This document shows, piece after piece, positions 12,206 to 25,049 of a DNA stretch of 64,000 nucleotides (position 1 is its first letter; each line of letters begins with the position of its first letter). The position numbers and the translations under genes are program-made. Location: positions 12,028,001-12,092,000 of the forward strand of contig NC_092347.1 in assembly GCF_963676685.1 (NCBI RefSeq), written 5' to 3'. The notes beneath the pieces were generated by a model. That model worked only from the letters and a program-made list of their open reading frames with translations, was not told the DNA's origin and searched no databases. This stretch comes from Mytilus edulis (taxonomy: Eukaryota).

Positions 12206-15200
12206 AATAATAAAATTTGCCTGCGTATTGTTTGAAAATCATTAGAGAAACAGATTCCATCACCAAATCTCATGTGATACGGTATTTATCCACTTTGACA
12301 GTTGAATTTTAAGTATTTAAACATCAGCGATCGCCTTTTAAATTTGAAAAGTTTGTATCCATTTAAAAGATTAATGTACGAATTGAGATTGATCAAGATT
12401 AAAAAAAGAATACATGGAAGTGGAAAGTAAAATAACAAAAATACCGAACTCTGAGGAAAATTATAAGCGCAATGTGTCTAAACAAATGACACAATCAAAA
12501 GCTAAAACACATTAAACGTTTTATTGTTTTGCATATTTTTTTCACAAATAATTTTCCGACGACGAACATGACGTTTTGTAATGAACCGATGAATGCTGAT
12601 GGCAGCACAACTTTTTTGGTTTGTACCATCCGTACACTGAAAACCACGAGTAACAAATCTCCTTATGTTTCTCAATTACTTGTAAGTGTAAATATCTAAT
12701 GAAATAAAAATAAATGCATTTATACTTATATCTAAATGCTACTTTTTTTATATAAGAAGTTAAAAGCTATAAGTTATGCAATATTTGTGTACCCAATTTT
12801 GTCAATACCACACACATATAAACAACTGTCATAAAATTGGGCGCTTACCATATACCCATTTACCTCGGGAAAAGCTTGCACAAAGTCAGAAATTTGTGTT
12901 GTAACCATTCTGTCCTGTAGAAAATACACATTTAGGGAACAGTGCAGTGTTAAAAAAATAAATTACACTTTAATATAAAATGTATGCCTAGATGGTCCTA
13001 AATATACAATTAATTAATGTAAAGGGTATAAAATTACGCAATCAAGGGTCAAAATAGTTGTAAAAAAAAAAAATTCCTGCAAAGTTCTAGGTTTGGTTTT
13101 TGCTATAGCTGTTACATCAGATTAATTAATAATAGGTTTCATTTGTAATTTTTTCACAAGCTCTTTTCTTCCTGTGTTCAAGTATAGATAATGGTTATTG
13201 AATTTATCTAACTTTCTACATAAGAATGCTAGTTTGACTAGAAAATATTCCATGGATACCAAATAAAAGACAGTGAAGAGTAGTTTTGCTTTTTAGATAG
13301 TCTTCAATGATAAAGATCCTTTGATTATTGAGACGAAAGGAGGTAACGTATTTTGTGCATTTACCACATGCATTTATTTTATACAGTTTGTATTTATTTA
13401 AACATTGCATTAGCCAGCGCAGATTTGAAAATGGGAATTGACCTTTTTCATTGATATTATTTTTCAATAGTTTCTTCTTTGATAATGCCATCATCAGTTC
13501 GACAATCTCCAAAATTGTACTTTTATAAAAGAAAAAAACTATTTGCACTTTTATGCAAATTTGTCCGTCATTACGTAACATTACACAGGTTCCCGTAATA
13601 CACGAGTGATATATATAAACCATAAAAAATATTTTTGATGCACGCCCATCTAACATACGGCTGAATCATATACCACTCGAAATGCAATTTTCTGTAAATA
13701 TAGCACAATCAACATTTAAGTTTGCATTTGATTTGAAACGATTGGAAATTTTTTTATAAGGTGATTTTTCTTTTTTAAATCCATACACGTACCTGAAAAT
13801 GACATTTTGTTTAATTCTGGCAAAATTTAGGAATGTTCAATTTTAACATTTGATCTTGATTTAACGATAATTGCACCATACGAATTATTGACGACCGTGC
13901 AAAACAGAGGGTACAGGTGATACGCTTTCGAATGATATATCATACGGACGTATTTTAAGTTGGTGCATACAAGTCGTTAACTAGGCGTCTTTTTGAAAAA
14001 TGTCACTCGACTATAAACTTTGACATTACAATTTGAAAAAAATGACGTCACAATTAAAAATTGATTGTTGTTTGACGTAAGAAGGTTATTCGGAGTTGAT
14101 CTAAGGTCATTCGGAGACAAAACTCTGCAAAATACCAAGTATTCCCGCTTTTATATACTGGATCCCAGGACAATGACTGAAATAAATAATTTTTGTTTTA
14201 TAAAAACTTTATTGAAATTCAATTTTCCATATCATTTACGTTACAAGGGGCATAACTGTTTGAGAAAAATAATGAGCATTAATTTTAGATTGTTTTCGAG
14301 CTATTGCGAAAAAAAACCTCAATATAAATTGCATTTGTGATCTACTTTGCTGTATGTTAAAAACAGATGTTACTATTGGCTTAACCTATTTATTAAAGTT
14401 GAATATATATTTGTGTATTAATAATGTTATAAGGAATAATCAGTTTAAGGCATTTTATAAGTATCAACATTATGCACTAACATACGAATTTTACCTTCGA
14501 CTTTCAAATATTTGTCTTTTCCTTTTTTGTCGATTTCGTTTTCAAAACTTATACTAAAATTCTACACTATCCCTCCATTCACTTTATGTCTACTCATAAT
14601 TCAATTTCACCATCTACCATGTACTTTTATAGAAGTGGCATTCCCAAATTATGTCTCTTTGAGATGAAACATAAAAATGTGTGGGAATCAGAATGTCAAC
14701 AAAACTAACTACCTATGAATGTTATATATCTCATCAAAGAGACATGGTTTAAGCAAAACAGCTTTATGTGCAAAGTTTAACCTATACTAACATTTATTCA
14801 AACAAAACACTCTTGAAAAACACTTTTTTTTCACAACAATACTTATTTATAAGATTCAAAGCCTTGATAAAATCACTGTATTATACTATAAACTGTTCTC
14901 TTACAATACATATTATACCCCGACCCCTGTTTCCATTTAGAAAGAATTAGAAAGCAGGACTTTAAGTTTTGTTTGTTTACTCCATATGCATGTTTTCTGA
15001 CAGGAAAGGCATAAAACCTGCTTGAAATTGTTCTAATAACAAAGCATTTAAGAATACTATAAGTGGGAGCATATTCAACTTTCAGTGAGCGAGACGAGGC
15101 ATTCTATCTAACATCCCACAACCATGTAGACGTTGTCGCAGATAAGACATCATTCAACTAGACATCAATACGCGCGCGGGTAAGGAGAATACTTTACAAG

Positions 15201-16724
15201 GACTCATCACTTTTTAAATATATGCGACATTGGACTAGAATTGTGACATTAAAACTTTGAATCAACGTCATATAAAAGTCATTATTATATGGGTCAATTG
15301 TTTTTCATAACGTCAAATTGTATGGGAGCTGCAGTTATACCAAGTAATGGCAAACAAATTGACATAAGGTGCATAGATATTCTTGAAGGTATGAATGGTA
15401 TTCATTTTGTAATTCTTTAATCATTCAGGCCACTTTCTTTTAGTCCAGATTGTATGTTGAATTTAAGCGTCAAAGTTGCAAGTAAATTGCATTGTTAGAC
15501 TAACGGTTATGCTTGTACATGTGTTCTAAACCGAGAACAATATGCATAAACATGTTAAATGTATTTCTTTCAGTTCTAGCCATGTGTTGTTTTGAAAATC
15601 CGGCAAAAATTCTTTGGTATTATAGAAAGCATTTTCCTGAGAGTGAAGTTGACAATACTATCATTATTCATAATGTGTTTTATTCAAGCAGAAAACTTAA
15701 GACATAGCGAGAACAAAAGAGATGCAAAGAGAGACAAAAGATATTAGAGGGACATCAAGCTCATAAGTCCAATATAAACAGGCAACGTCATGGAACTATT
15801 CAAAACATTCAATGAACCATGATTGAATGGGCAGGGCAAATAATTTGCATGGCAATGAGATATTCCAAGACGATAATCTTTAGTCATTATAAACGAAGAC
15901 ATAATGTAAAATAAACAATTGACAAAAAGAAATGTATCGCATCTATGTAAACTGATAGTATAATGCAATTGCTGAAATTAGAATGGCAAAACTAAGGTTT
16001 TGGGGTCAATAAACCATGGGGCTTGATCAAAGAAAAGAAACGAGATGGACATATGGTGATAAAACTAAAGTAGATACCACTAGCCGTACGTATATCTTTG
16101 ACCGAGTGTGACCATAATATGCATGGCGGGTGATGTACGTAGAGGAGGATCTGCTTACCCTGTCGTGAAGGCGGGCTTTGAATAATATCATGCGATTCCC
16201 TCAGTTTTGTTTGTTCTTTTTTATCTATATGTGAGATTTGAGGATGGATAAACTTCTGTTATCTCAACTAATAACAAACTTTAACATGTAAACCGTGTAT
16301 AACCATAACTGAGGGACGGGTCACAAACAATCCTTCAAAGTGTTTTTATATTTTTGACAAGTGCCTATATGGTCAATCCGAAATCCTTATCAGGTTGAGA
16401 CAATATAAATGAGATTTTGGTCTCATTTCATTACGTAAGTACACAGTATATGGTGCAGAAAGTTCTAATGGGGTTTATTATCTTGTTAACAAGAAACTAA
16501 ACAATTGAACAAAAATAAAAGTACTAATCTCAATATACATTTTAATAGCATGTTAACTATACTACAGTTTGTACACTAAGTACATTAACACAAGGATTTA
16601 TTGACAATGATTTATTGACAGTAAAGTAATAGTATAAGATATTTATACATAAAATGGTATCAATACGCATGTACACAATGAAACTAAAACACAACACCAA
16701 TGCTAATTGTTCTGTAAAGGCTAT

Positions 16725-19207
16725 TCATGTATGCATGCACCTGCAAAATCTGTTAAATTCATAAAAAATAAACTCGTATTCAAAATTGTTATTTTCTGCA
16801 AAGACAAGAATATGAGTAATAAACTTTTCTTCCATACACCTGCTTTCGTTGTTTGTTCCACATCGACAAAAACTTCCTGAACATCTATTGGAAAAATAAT
16901 AATGTTCATGTATTGACCGAAGAAGAAAAACAATTTTGCGATTTAAAATATCTAGTTTTTTTTTCATTTCTAGATTGTTTTACATTTGCCGTTGTCTGAG
17001 CTCTTAAACTTGATATATCTATGCGCTATCAGATGCTCTCATTGTTTAAGACCGTACGGCGACATATATTTGCCACTATCTACGTCATTAGGTCGTCGAT
17101 GGATCGTTATTTCATTGTCAATACTAGCAGAACATATTTTATATGCTTACAAATGAAAGTAACTAAGTAATGTCTTACAGTTTTTGTAGGTTGCGTAAAA
17201 CGCAACACTATAATATGGCAGTTTTGTTAAAAAAAATACAGTTTTGAATTTTGTCATTCAAAAAAGAAAATTCTATTGACCCCTAAACAAGTTATTGCAA
17301 AAATTGAAAAGCGTATAGGCTTCTCCTTAAAATATCTTGGGATAATGTTCACTTAGTAGCATCTATGTATTCATACATCACACACAGCAAAATCCCTCTT
17401 GCTATGGTAAGTAAGAATGCGTCTTGATGTAGCCTCAACGGATGTTTACGGATGTTTTCGTACCACTTTTATCGGGATTTTGAATTATCTAATAATTATG
17501 TATTTGTAAATATACAATTTATAATTTTTAATCGATAAACATTAATATAAATGTAACCTCTATTTGTTTTTAATTTTTATTTTTTTTTAGAATAGAAGAC
17601 CACCACGAGTATTCCTATTCTTACCTGCGACATTTGCCAGTTTCAATAGTTTGATTTGATATAAGATGTGTGTTACCATCAGCTCTTACAACTGTCCTTA
17701 TTACACCATCTAACTCAATTTGCAAAGGCTCAATATGTGTAATAACCCTAAAAAACATATGTTCAAATATAACTTTGCATGAAAAAATAGGACACGGTCT
17801 TTAATTTGTGGTATCAGTATGTTGGATTGGAGTTCGTAAGAGTAAAATCAATGTATACAGTTTTTCATGTGTATATTTTGTTTTTATTTTATCGGCACCA
17901 TTCGTGTGTTTTTCTCCTAATTCCGTTTATAAAGACATTATGTTCGGTATGTTCCAAATGGTATTCCGGCATCCTCAGAATTGTTTGAGTTTATATGTTG
18001 AGTTATAAAACACTTTAACCAACAACATTTGAATCTGATGAGATTTAGGATATTGTGATTCCTATGTGAAGATGATATCTGATAAATGCTCGAGGATAAA
18101 TGTACCACGAATGCAAATGGCAATTATGATGTGGATATGATATTTAGAATGTTCAATGCATATTATATAAAAAAAGAAATATATCTGAATATATTATATA
18201 CCACATGTACAAATTTGCATTTTTTTAAAAATCTTATTAATATATTTAAATATGATAAAACTGCTTTTTAAATTAGGCGCATAGTTTGATCATATTAAGT
18301 CAAAACAAGTTACGATGTTTACATATATTCATTTTTGTTGGTTTTTTTTAAATCCATTGGTTTTTTTTTAACTTCGTAGACCTGTGTTATGATATTTTTT
18401 CTCTAGTGTTTGTGCTATTTTCGCACTTCTTGAGCGATATGCGAAAAATATTTCTACTCACAAGTGCAATATCTGTTCTCAGCAAATGATGTGTCGAAAT
18501 TTAATTATGACGTTAAATTTTTTCTGAATTCTTCTAAATTTCCTATTGTGAAGTCATGAAAAAGGCGACCATGCGCGATGACGATACGGATAAAGAACAC
18601 AACTTTCTGCAGATCTTTGAAAAGGAAGGATAAAAATCATAAGAGAAACAGATTCCACCATAATAATTATAACTCGTGCATTACGATATTTCCTACTTAC
18701 AACAGTTAAATTTAAATATTTAAAATTCTCGACAAGCCTCGCACATCAGATCAGATGGAAACAAAGATTAAATTTTGTGTAAAAAAGACAAAATCAAAAA
18801 TTAATAAACGACACAAAAACTTACGTTTTACAGCAACCGTCATCTATAAATTTATTTTTACAACTCCTGGAAGAAGCAGCAGTCTTAAATGTCTTTATTC
18901 TGCCAACTTTTTCATGGTTTGACCCTAAGTTTAACATTTTTCGAAATTCATTCTTGTTCACAAATATTCCCCCGTAGAAATGTACTATCGTTCTTTCAAC
19001 TTTGTTAGCTGAGCAAGAGTCACCATAGCAATCACAATACTGGCATTTGGCAGATGACCCTAAACGACACGAACGTACACGAACGCGTGTACTTTTATGT
19101 AATTCTTGATGAAGTTTGTTTTCTCCAAAACCTGGTATTTGACCGGATGCTTGCTCCAGTAAAATATAAACTATTATTATATTACGTATTTCCGTCCTTT
19201 TTAGCAT
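16725..19207 (-). CDS. Secreted Spaetzle/neurotrophin-like cystine-knot protein A, 221 aa; exons 19207-18825, 17747-17625, 16884-16725
   Basis: Signal-peptide-like N-terminus. GT-AG phase-2 introns keep frame. C-terminal domain CCKT..P..G..RTVV..NQTIETGKC..C..SRCMEE..HILV..YEF..FCRC fits the Spaetzle-type knot pattern. Confidence 0.8.
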
Positions 19208-20202
19208 TTTCTGTGTTTATTTAATTTAAGAAATATCCAGGTAAAGTACAATATGTTTATGGAAATATGTAGGTCAAAAACCTTTACTAGAATATATGCT
19301 AATCTTCAACTAATAACAGAAATATAATCACGGAAAGCCTGTTTTCTATGAAACATGATAAGTTACTGAATTTTCTTTAATATAATCATATAATGTGTAG
19401 ATGCTGTATAGTGTAACTTATATATAAAAACCTGTATTACAAGTGTATATGCTGTCAGTTTGCTGCTAGAGTTTTAAGACAACTAGAACAGCATTACATA
19501 AGATCCTTTTTGTTTGGTTAAATTATTATACCAGTTAACTATACCATGTAGAAAATGTAACCAGCATTCGTCCACACATAAAATATTCGTTCATCTAGAT
19601 GTAGATGTTCATGTATTATTGACAAATGTATCAAATTACAACCTTATTCATTCAATTAGTGTTTATATGTTGAAGAAATACATATTATATAGCAGTTTTT
19701 AATAGGTCGGAGATTTATGGTGTCATTGGGATATATACTTGTATAATTTCTAATTCGAAATTGATTGGGACTTACCATACCAAATGCGATAATGCTGCTG
19801 GTGACATGAATCAAACATTTCACGATTAATTTTGGGTAAGATGATCAATTAAATGAAAGTTATAGCTATAGAATCTTTTCTAAGAGGATTTCTTATTATT
19901 TATCAACAGAGATTAAGATAGCATACCAAACCTCTCTGAATGCATATTGGTAAACACAATTAATTTATTTAAAGATATGTGGATAATTATATTAATATAT
20001 CGGATACAAAATCCTCTGACAGCTGGGACCTTAAGTTCACAAAGTAAAATTAGTTCATATTTAGTTTTATGGTATGATCTTCTCGTATAACAAAGTCTAT
20101 AATTTTTGTATGAAATACTTATAGTCTGTATATGACACTATTTGACAGAAAAATTATGTAAATTTTTGAATGTGCAAATTTATTTACTTTCATAAAAAGA
20201 GA

Positions 20203-21291
20203 ATGAAAATGAATCTCAATGCCATTTATTTAATTATCATGACTTGTGAAGCTGTACGTGGACACACGGGACAATTTTATGGTTTTGATGGACATATAAA
20301 TGGAGACTATATACCACAGAATATACGACCTCGCACCTGTCCTGTCGGAACTGTCGAATCATGCCTCTATTGTGATTGCTATAGTGATAAATGTAATATT
20401 GACAGACAAGAAAGGCTACTTAACAGAAACTATAAAGGCTTATTCAGCAATCCAACGGAACGTAAGATGGACTGCGAAACATCTAATGATCAAATCAGTG
20501 ATACTGCTGGACTCGATGGAGCGGGTTCGAATGAATCAGCAAAAGGTCGTCCTAATATTCGTTGTTGTGAAACGTAAGTCAAAACATGTCAAATAATACT
20601 ATCATTGATTATTTCGTTGCTTTTAAAATCGAAAAACAAATTTTACTGTTTAATTTTAATCTTTTTTAACTTTCGTTTCAGAAATATAAAAATCGTTGCT
20701 GATAACGAACCTTTTACACATAATGGGGTAACAAGAACCCCTGTGATAAGTTCAATGTTTGGTGGAGGTTTGATAACAAATGAACAGTTTCGGGTGGAAG
20801 GTGAATGTATGTAAGTAATTCATAACACATTGTAATTAGAATATCTATTTAATCTTGAGGAATAGAGCTCTCTTCGTCTCTGTCTCAAAACAGATTCAAT
20901 GATCTTTACGAAACCATTCTGTCAATTTTTTTATTTTTTTTTTGCAAACTTATATCTTGTTAAATTCGGCATTTTCGAAATTTTGAAATGACTGAAGTAC
21001 AAGTATATACCTAAAGATATTTTTGACATTTGTGCACATAGCTCAATTTTAATTTTAGATTTTTACTAAATTTTAGTTTCACTCTGTGCCAACTTTTGAA
21101 AGTTTATTTAAGATATGTTTTGATATTTAAGGAATTTATCACCATGTGGGAAATACGATCGTGGTAAATGTAAGCAAGAGTTTGGGTTTACAGAAGTTCT
21201 GGTGAACAGTTTACAGAACCCGCGAGAGTACGAATTTGTATCTGTACCATATAAATCATTCTGTAGGTGTTCATATCTTGGAGTCGGATAA
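20203..21291 (+). CDS. Secreted Spaetzle/neurotrophin-like cystine-knot protein B, 219 aa; exons 20203-20573, 20682-20810, 21132-21291
   Basis: Paralog of gene A with the same two phase-2 introns and shared CxYCDCYxDxC motif. Knot reads CCET..NGVTRTPV..EQFRVEGEC..PC..GKCKQE..EVLV..YEF..FCRC. Confidence 0.8.
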
Positions 21292-22184
21292 ATTTAATTA
21301 TACATGTACATGTGATTCCAAACACTCGAACAAAGTGAAAATGATATTTTTGAACGACGCTATGTTTTTTTTTAAAGTAATAGCAGTCATGTGTCGAATA
21401 ATTCTGTAATTTGTTCTGCAATCTATCATATTGTATTTATTTATTTAGCTAAAAGTATATGCATTCATTGATATTCCTATTATTTTATTATTCATTTACT
21501 ATTATGATGATCTCAGGTTTAGCAAATGACAGAAATACAGTTCTGAGATCATCTAAGAAAACAAACCTATAATGTACACCATCTTAATGTGCAATTACGA
21601 CACGATATCCTCCCATATTAAAAACAGAGATAAACAAAGGGGTTGTGATGTGGTTTTTTTTGAAATTTGTATTTGCTAAGATATATTTTATAAGGGGTTT
21701 TGAATATCCCCCGGAACAAGACACTAAAATGCACTTAAATTTGGCTTGACAAACAAGACAAAATGTTGTTTTGGGTTAGCCATAAAGATAAATATTTTTA
21801 CATTGAAGTCAAAAGTGAACGACATAAGACGGTCATGATTATACGCGGAACATCGTCTTGTGAAGATGCATCAGTTTGTCAAGAGTACAAAAGTTATGTG
21901 CTGGACAAAAAATAACAATAATAGTTATCGAAGGTACCATATATACCAGGTATTATAATTTGATACGCCAGACGAATTGCGTTTCCTCTAAATAAGACTC
22001 ATCATTGACGCTCAGATCAAATAGTTAGAAAGCCAAACCAAGTACAAAATTGAAGAGCATTGATGACCCAAAATTCCAAAAAGTTGTGCCAAATACGGCT
22101 TAGTTCAATATGAATGCACTTCATGTTACATAAAAAAAAATCATTGAAAAGTTAATAACTAGCAAAATACAAACTACACATACG

Positions 22185-22348
22185 AGTAGTATATATTGTG
22201 TGGCAGCAGCAAATATTTTTGCCACGTTGACAAAAATTTTGCCCCCGTCAGCAAAAATTGCATAATATATTTGTTGGATAATATCAAAATATTGATTTTT
22301 AATTTGTAAAATATAAAAGAATGTTTTTATTTTTTTTTCACTGCATTA
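22185..22348 (+). repeat. Left terminal inverted repeat of Polinton
   Basis: The first 55 bp are the exact reverse complement of 40069-40123. Alignable but mismatched to ~160 bp, then patchy homology to ~480 bp. Confidence 0.95.
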
Positions 22349-22575
22349 AACAATTTTAATGCATTACCAATCAATTTAACATTGTTGATATGCTGGATAT
22401 GGAAGTAGTAAAAGTAAATTGAACATTTAAAAAAAATTTTCATTTCATTAAACAATTTAACGCATTACCAATCATTTAAATTGTTGATATGCTGGATATG
22501 GAAGTAGTAAAAGGAACATTTAAAACAATTTGAGAGCTTTAATTTGATAAAAGTTTAATTGGTAAATATAATAAT

Positions 22576-22617
22576 TAACCCTAACCCTAACCCTAACCCT
22601 AACCCTAACCCTAACCC
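22576..22617 (+). repeat. Telomeric repeat (TAACCC)7 inside the left end of the Polinton
   Basis: Seven perfect hexamers starting 391 bp from the terminus. Confidence 0.97.
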
Positions 22618-22664
22618 AAACAAAAATATCATACATTATAAATTATTATTATTATTAATAAAAC

Positions 22665-23021
22665 ATGGATGAGATAGAATCATGTGAAAATATAGCCAGA
22701 CTTGATAACATATTCGATATAATATATGCAAAGTCAGTTTTTGACATTCTGAAGAAGGAAAATCAAGTGGAACACATAAGTGGAGGAAATGCATGGGATT
22801 TTTTTTATCAAGTAGAAACAGATAAAGTGTACACCGATTTTGTTAATTTAGTCAGACAATCAAATATTCCAGATAATGTGAGAGTCTACTATCAACTTAC
22901 ATTTTTACAATCAACAGATTGGAAAAATACTATATTGAAAACACCGCACAGAGCATCTCGCATAATAGATAAAGTTGAAAAAATGATAGATTTGGAACCT
23001 ATTTTTAACAATGGAAAATGA
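22665..23021 (+). CDS. Polinton hypothetical protein (118 aa)
   Basis: ATG-initiated ORF, first of the co-directional cassette, overlapping integrase by 11 nt. No motif recognised. Confidence 0.7.
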   Translation: MDEIESCENIARLDNIFDIIYAKSVFDILKKENQVEHISGGNAWDFFYQVETDKVYTDFVNLVRQSNIPDNVRVYYQLTFLQSTDWKNTILKTPHRASRIIDKVEKMIDLEPIFNNGK

Positions 23022-24165
23022 TGATTTAGATGAAAAACTTAGGAATGTATATTACAATACAGCAAATGGGGGAGCATACCTAAGTGCTGAAAAAATTTAT
23101 CAAACGTTGAAGACATCAAGAGATGGAAATGTACCAAGCGTATACAAGATCAGGAAATGGATGGAAAAAATAGACGACTACAATTTACAAAAACCTGTAA
23201 AACGTAGAATTAAAAGAGTGAAAATAATTGTATCGGAACCGTATGAGCAATACGATGCTGACCTTATGGATGTATCCAACATACAGAAATATAACAATAA
23301 GACACGTTTCCTGTTGGTTGTTATCGATATTTTCACACGGTTTTTATGGATTTATCCATTAAAAAACAAGTTTGGGAAGACAGTAGCTGATGCATTTGAA
23401 AAAATCTTCAAACATGGTAAAATCCCTTTGAAGGTTTCCACAGATGCGGGAACTGAATTCAAAAACAAAGATTTGAAACGTGTGTTTAAAAAATATGACA
23501 TTTACCATCATGTCTATTTAAATTCCGACAGTAGTAAAGCGTCAATAGCAGAGAGGGTCAATTTGACATTTCGGAGGATGATGTTCCGATATTTTACAAA
23601 GCATAGAACTTATAGCTATCTCAATGTTCTACAAAATTTGGTAGCAAGTTATAATGCAACGCCACATAGAAGTTTAAATAATACAGCTCCAAAAGATGTG
23701 AATGAGAAAAACAAATATGATTTGTGGGCATATATGTATATTAAAACTCCACCCAAAGAAAAACGAATCAGAGAAAAGAAAGAAACATTAAAAGTACAAC
23801 GTAAAAGAGGGAAACAGTTTCATTTTAAAATCAATGACATGGTAAGACTGAGCCATTTGAAGAAACCGTTTCAAAGAGCTTATCAGCAACAGTGGACCTC
23901 CGAAATATTTAAAATATATAGACGATTTCTAATACATGGGAAAATCTTTTATAAAGTACAAGATTTTTTGGACAAGGAAGTTGTAGGCAATTTCAATTAT
24001 ACAGAGTTGCAGCGTGTGAAAAAGGAGGCTGACGCATTGTGGTTTGTTGAGAAAGTGCTTAAATGGCGAAGGCGGAATGGTCAACGTGAGGGTTATGTAA
24101 AATTCCAGGATTGGGATAAACGTTTTTGTCAGTGGATTCCTGAGAGAGATATTGTTGACTTTTAA
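23011..24165 (+). CDS. INT: Retroviral-like DDE integrase with C-terminal chromodomain
   Basis: Catalytic motifs YDADLMD, VSTDAGTEF, SIAERVN. Chromodomain-like WFVEKVLK..YVKFQDW..QWIP. Confidence 0.97.
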   Translation: MENDDLDEKLRNVYYNTANGGAYLSAEKIYQTLKTSRDGNVPSVYKIRKWMEKIDDYNLQKPVKRRIKRVKIIVSEPYEQYDADLMDVSNIQKYNNKTRFLLVVIDIFTRFLWIYPLKNKFGKTVADAFEKIFKHGKIPLKVSTDAGTEFKNKDLKRVFKKYDIYHHVYLNSDSSKASIAERVNLTFRRMMFRYFTKHRTYSYLNVLQNLVASYNATPHRSLNNTAPKDVNEKNKYDLWAYMYIKTPPKEKRIREKKETLKVQRKRGKQFHFKINDMVRLSHLKKPFQRAYQQQWTSEIFKIYRRFLIHGKIFYKVQDFLDKEVVGNFNYTELQRVKKEADALWFVEKVLKWRRRNGQREGYVKFQDWDKRFCQWIPERDIVDF

Positions 24166-24166
24166 A

Positions 24167-24574
24167 ATGAGCTTTTACATGGTCATTAACAGTAACAAAA
24201 ATTTAGACATTTACCCACATAACAGACCACACAAATTCCGTACATATCTTCAGACGCCAATAGTGATGAAATCAAAATGGAAAGTCGCATTAGTTGATAT
24301 TAAATTATCATCAAATAATGATCTATATATATATGCAAACATATGCGGTGATGTAATAGTCGATGGTAACAAACAACCCTTATTGAAGCGAATATGTTGC
24401 TGCTCTCAAACTGAATACTACCACTTTGATCAACTTGCATACATTCCAGTGGTGAAAAGTGAAATAAGAGACATTGAATTCTTTATTACTGACATGCAAG
24501 GGAGTCATGCATCATTTTTAAAAAATCCAGTGTCGATTACACTGCACTTCAGGTCGTATCCATACTTTGCATGA
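24167..24574 (+). CDS. mCP: Minor capsid (penton, single jelly-roll) protein, unusually short (135 aa)
   Basis: FYMVINSN..YPHN..F..L..PI..WKVALVDI and LYIYANI..V.G..PLLKRI..YIPV..IEFFI.D..G..F..ITLHFR match Polinton PX/penton N- and C-terminal motifs. Confidence 0.85.
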   Translation: MSFYMVINSNKNLDIYPHNRPHKFRTYLQTPIVMKSKWKVALVDIKLSSNNDLYIYANICGDVIVDGNKQPLLKRICCCSQTEYYHFDQLAYIPVVKSEIRDIEFFITDMQGSHASFLKNPVSITLHFRSYPYFA

Positions 24575-25041
24575 TAATCATGGAATTGAACAATTCTCAA
24601 TATGTGCTAGACCCTAGGACATGGATAATGTACTATGAAAATCTAGCGAATGACAAACATCACAATTCATATCTTAATAATTCATACAGAAGAACTATCC
24701 AGAGTGGTGGTTCCCTCACTAATTCAGCAGCTAGCTTCATGGAACCAATCACATTACCACAAAGTAAACCACATGCGCAATCACCCATTAAACTTGTAAC
24801 ACATGCACAGCAGCAGGTGGAAAATGCTAAGTCGGAAATTAGTCGAGCTGTGAAAAAGATAAAACGCAAACGTGGGAAGTTACAAAACAGTAATAGAAAA
24901 AGCCATAGAGGGGAGCAGAAGAAAACGAAAAAGACAAAGAAAGGAGGAAGGAAAAATAAAACAAACAGTAAGAAAGGAAGTGTACAGAGTGTGAAAAAAA
25001 GATTAAAGAATCAGCTAATTGAAAAGGATATTTTCCAGTAA
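24571..25041 (+). CDS. Basic putative virion core/DNA-condensing protein
   Basis: K/R-rich C-terminal half, QSGGS candidate protease site, C-terminal DIF, located between mCP and MCP. Confidence 0.7.
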   Translation: MIIMELNNSQYVLDPRTWIMYYENLANDKHHNSYLNNSYRRTIQSGGSLTNSAASFMEPITLPQSKPHAQSPIKLVTHAQQQVENAKSEISRAVKKIKRKRGKLQNSNRKSHRGEQKKTKKTKKGGRKNKTNSKKGSVQSVKKRLKNQLIEKDIFQ

Positions 25042-25049
25042 AATTCAAA

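Noticed and set aside
13216-13656. 146-aa minus-strand ORF
   Set aside because: No motif or splice context, and its composition is typical of AT-rich non-coding or TE DNA.
22576-22617. True chromosome end or telomere-healing scar
   Set aside because: Only 7 units, internal to a TSD-bounded element and mirrored at its other end.
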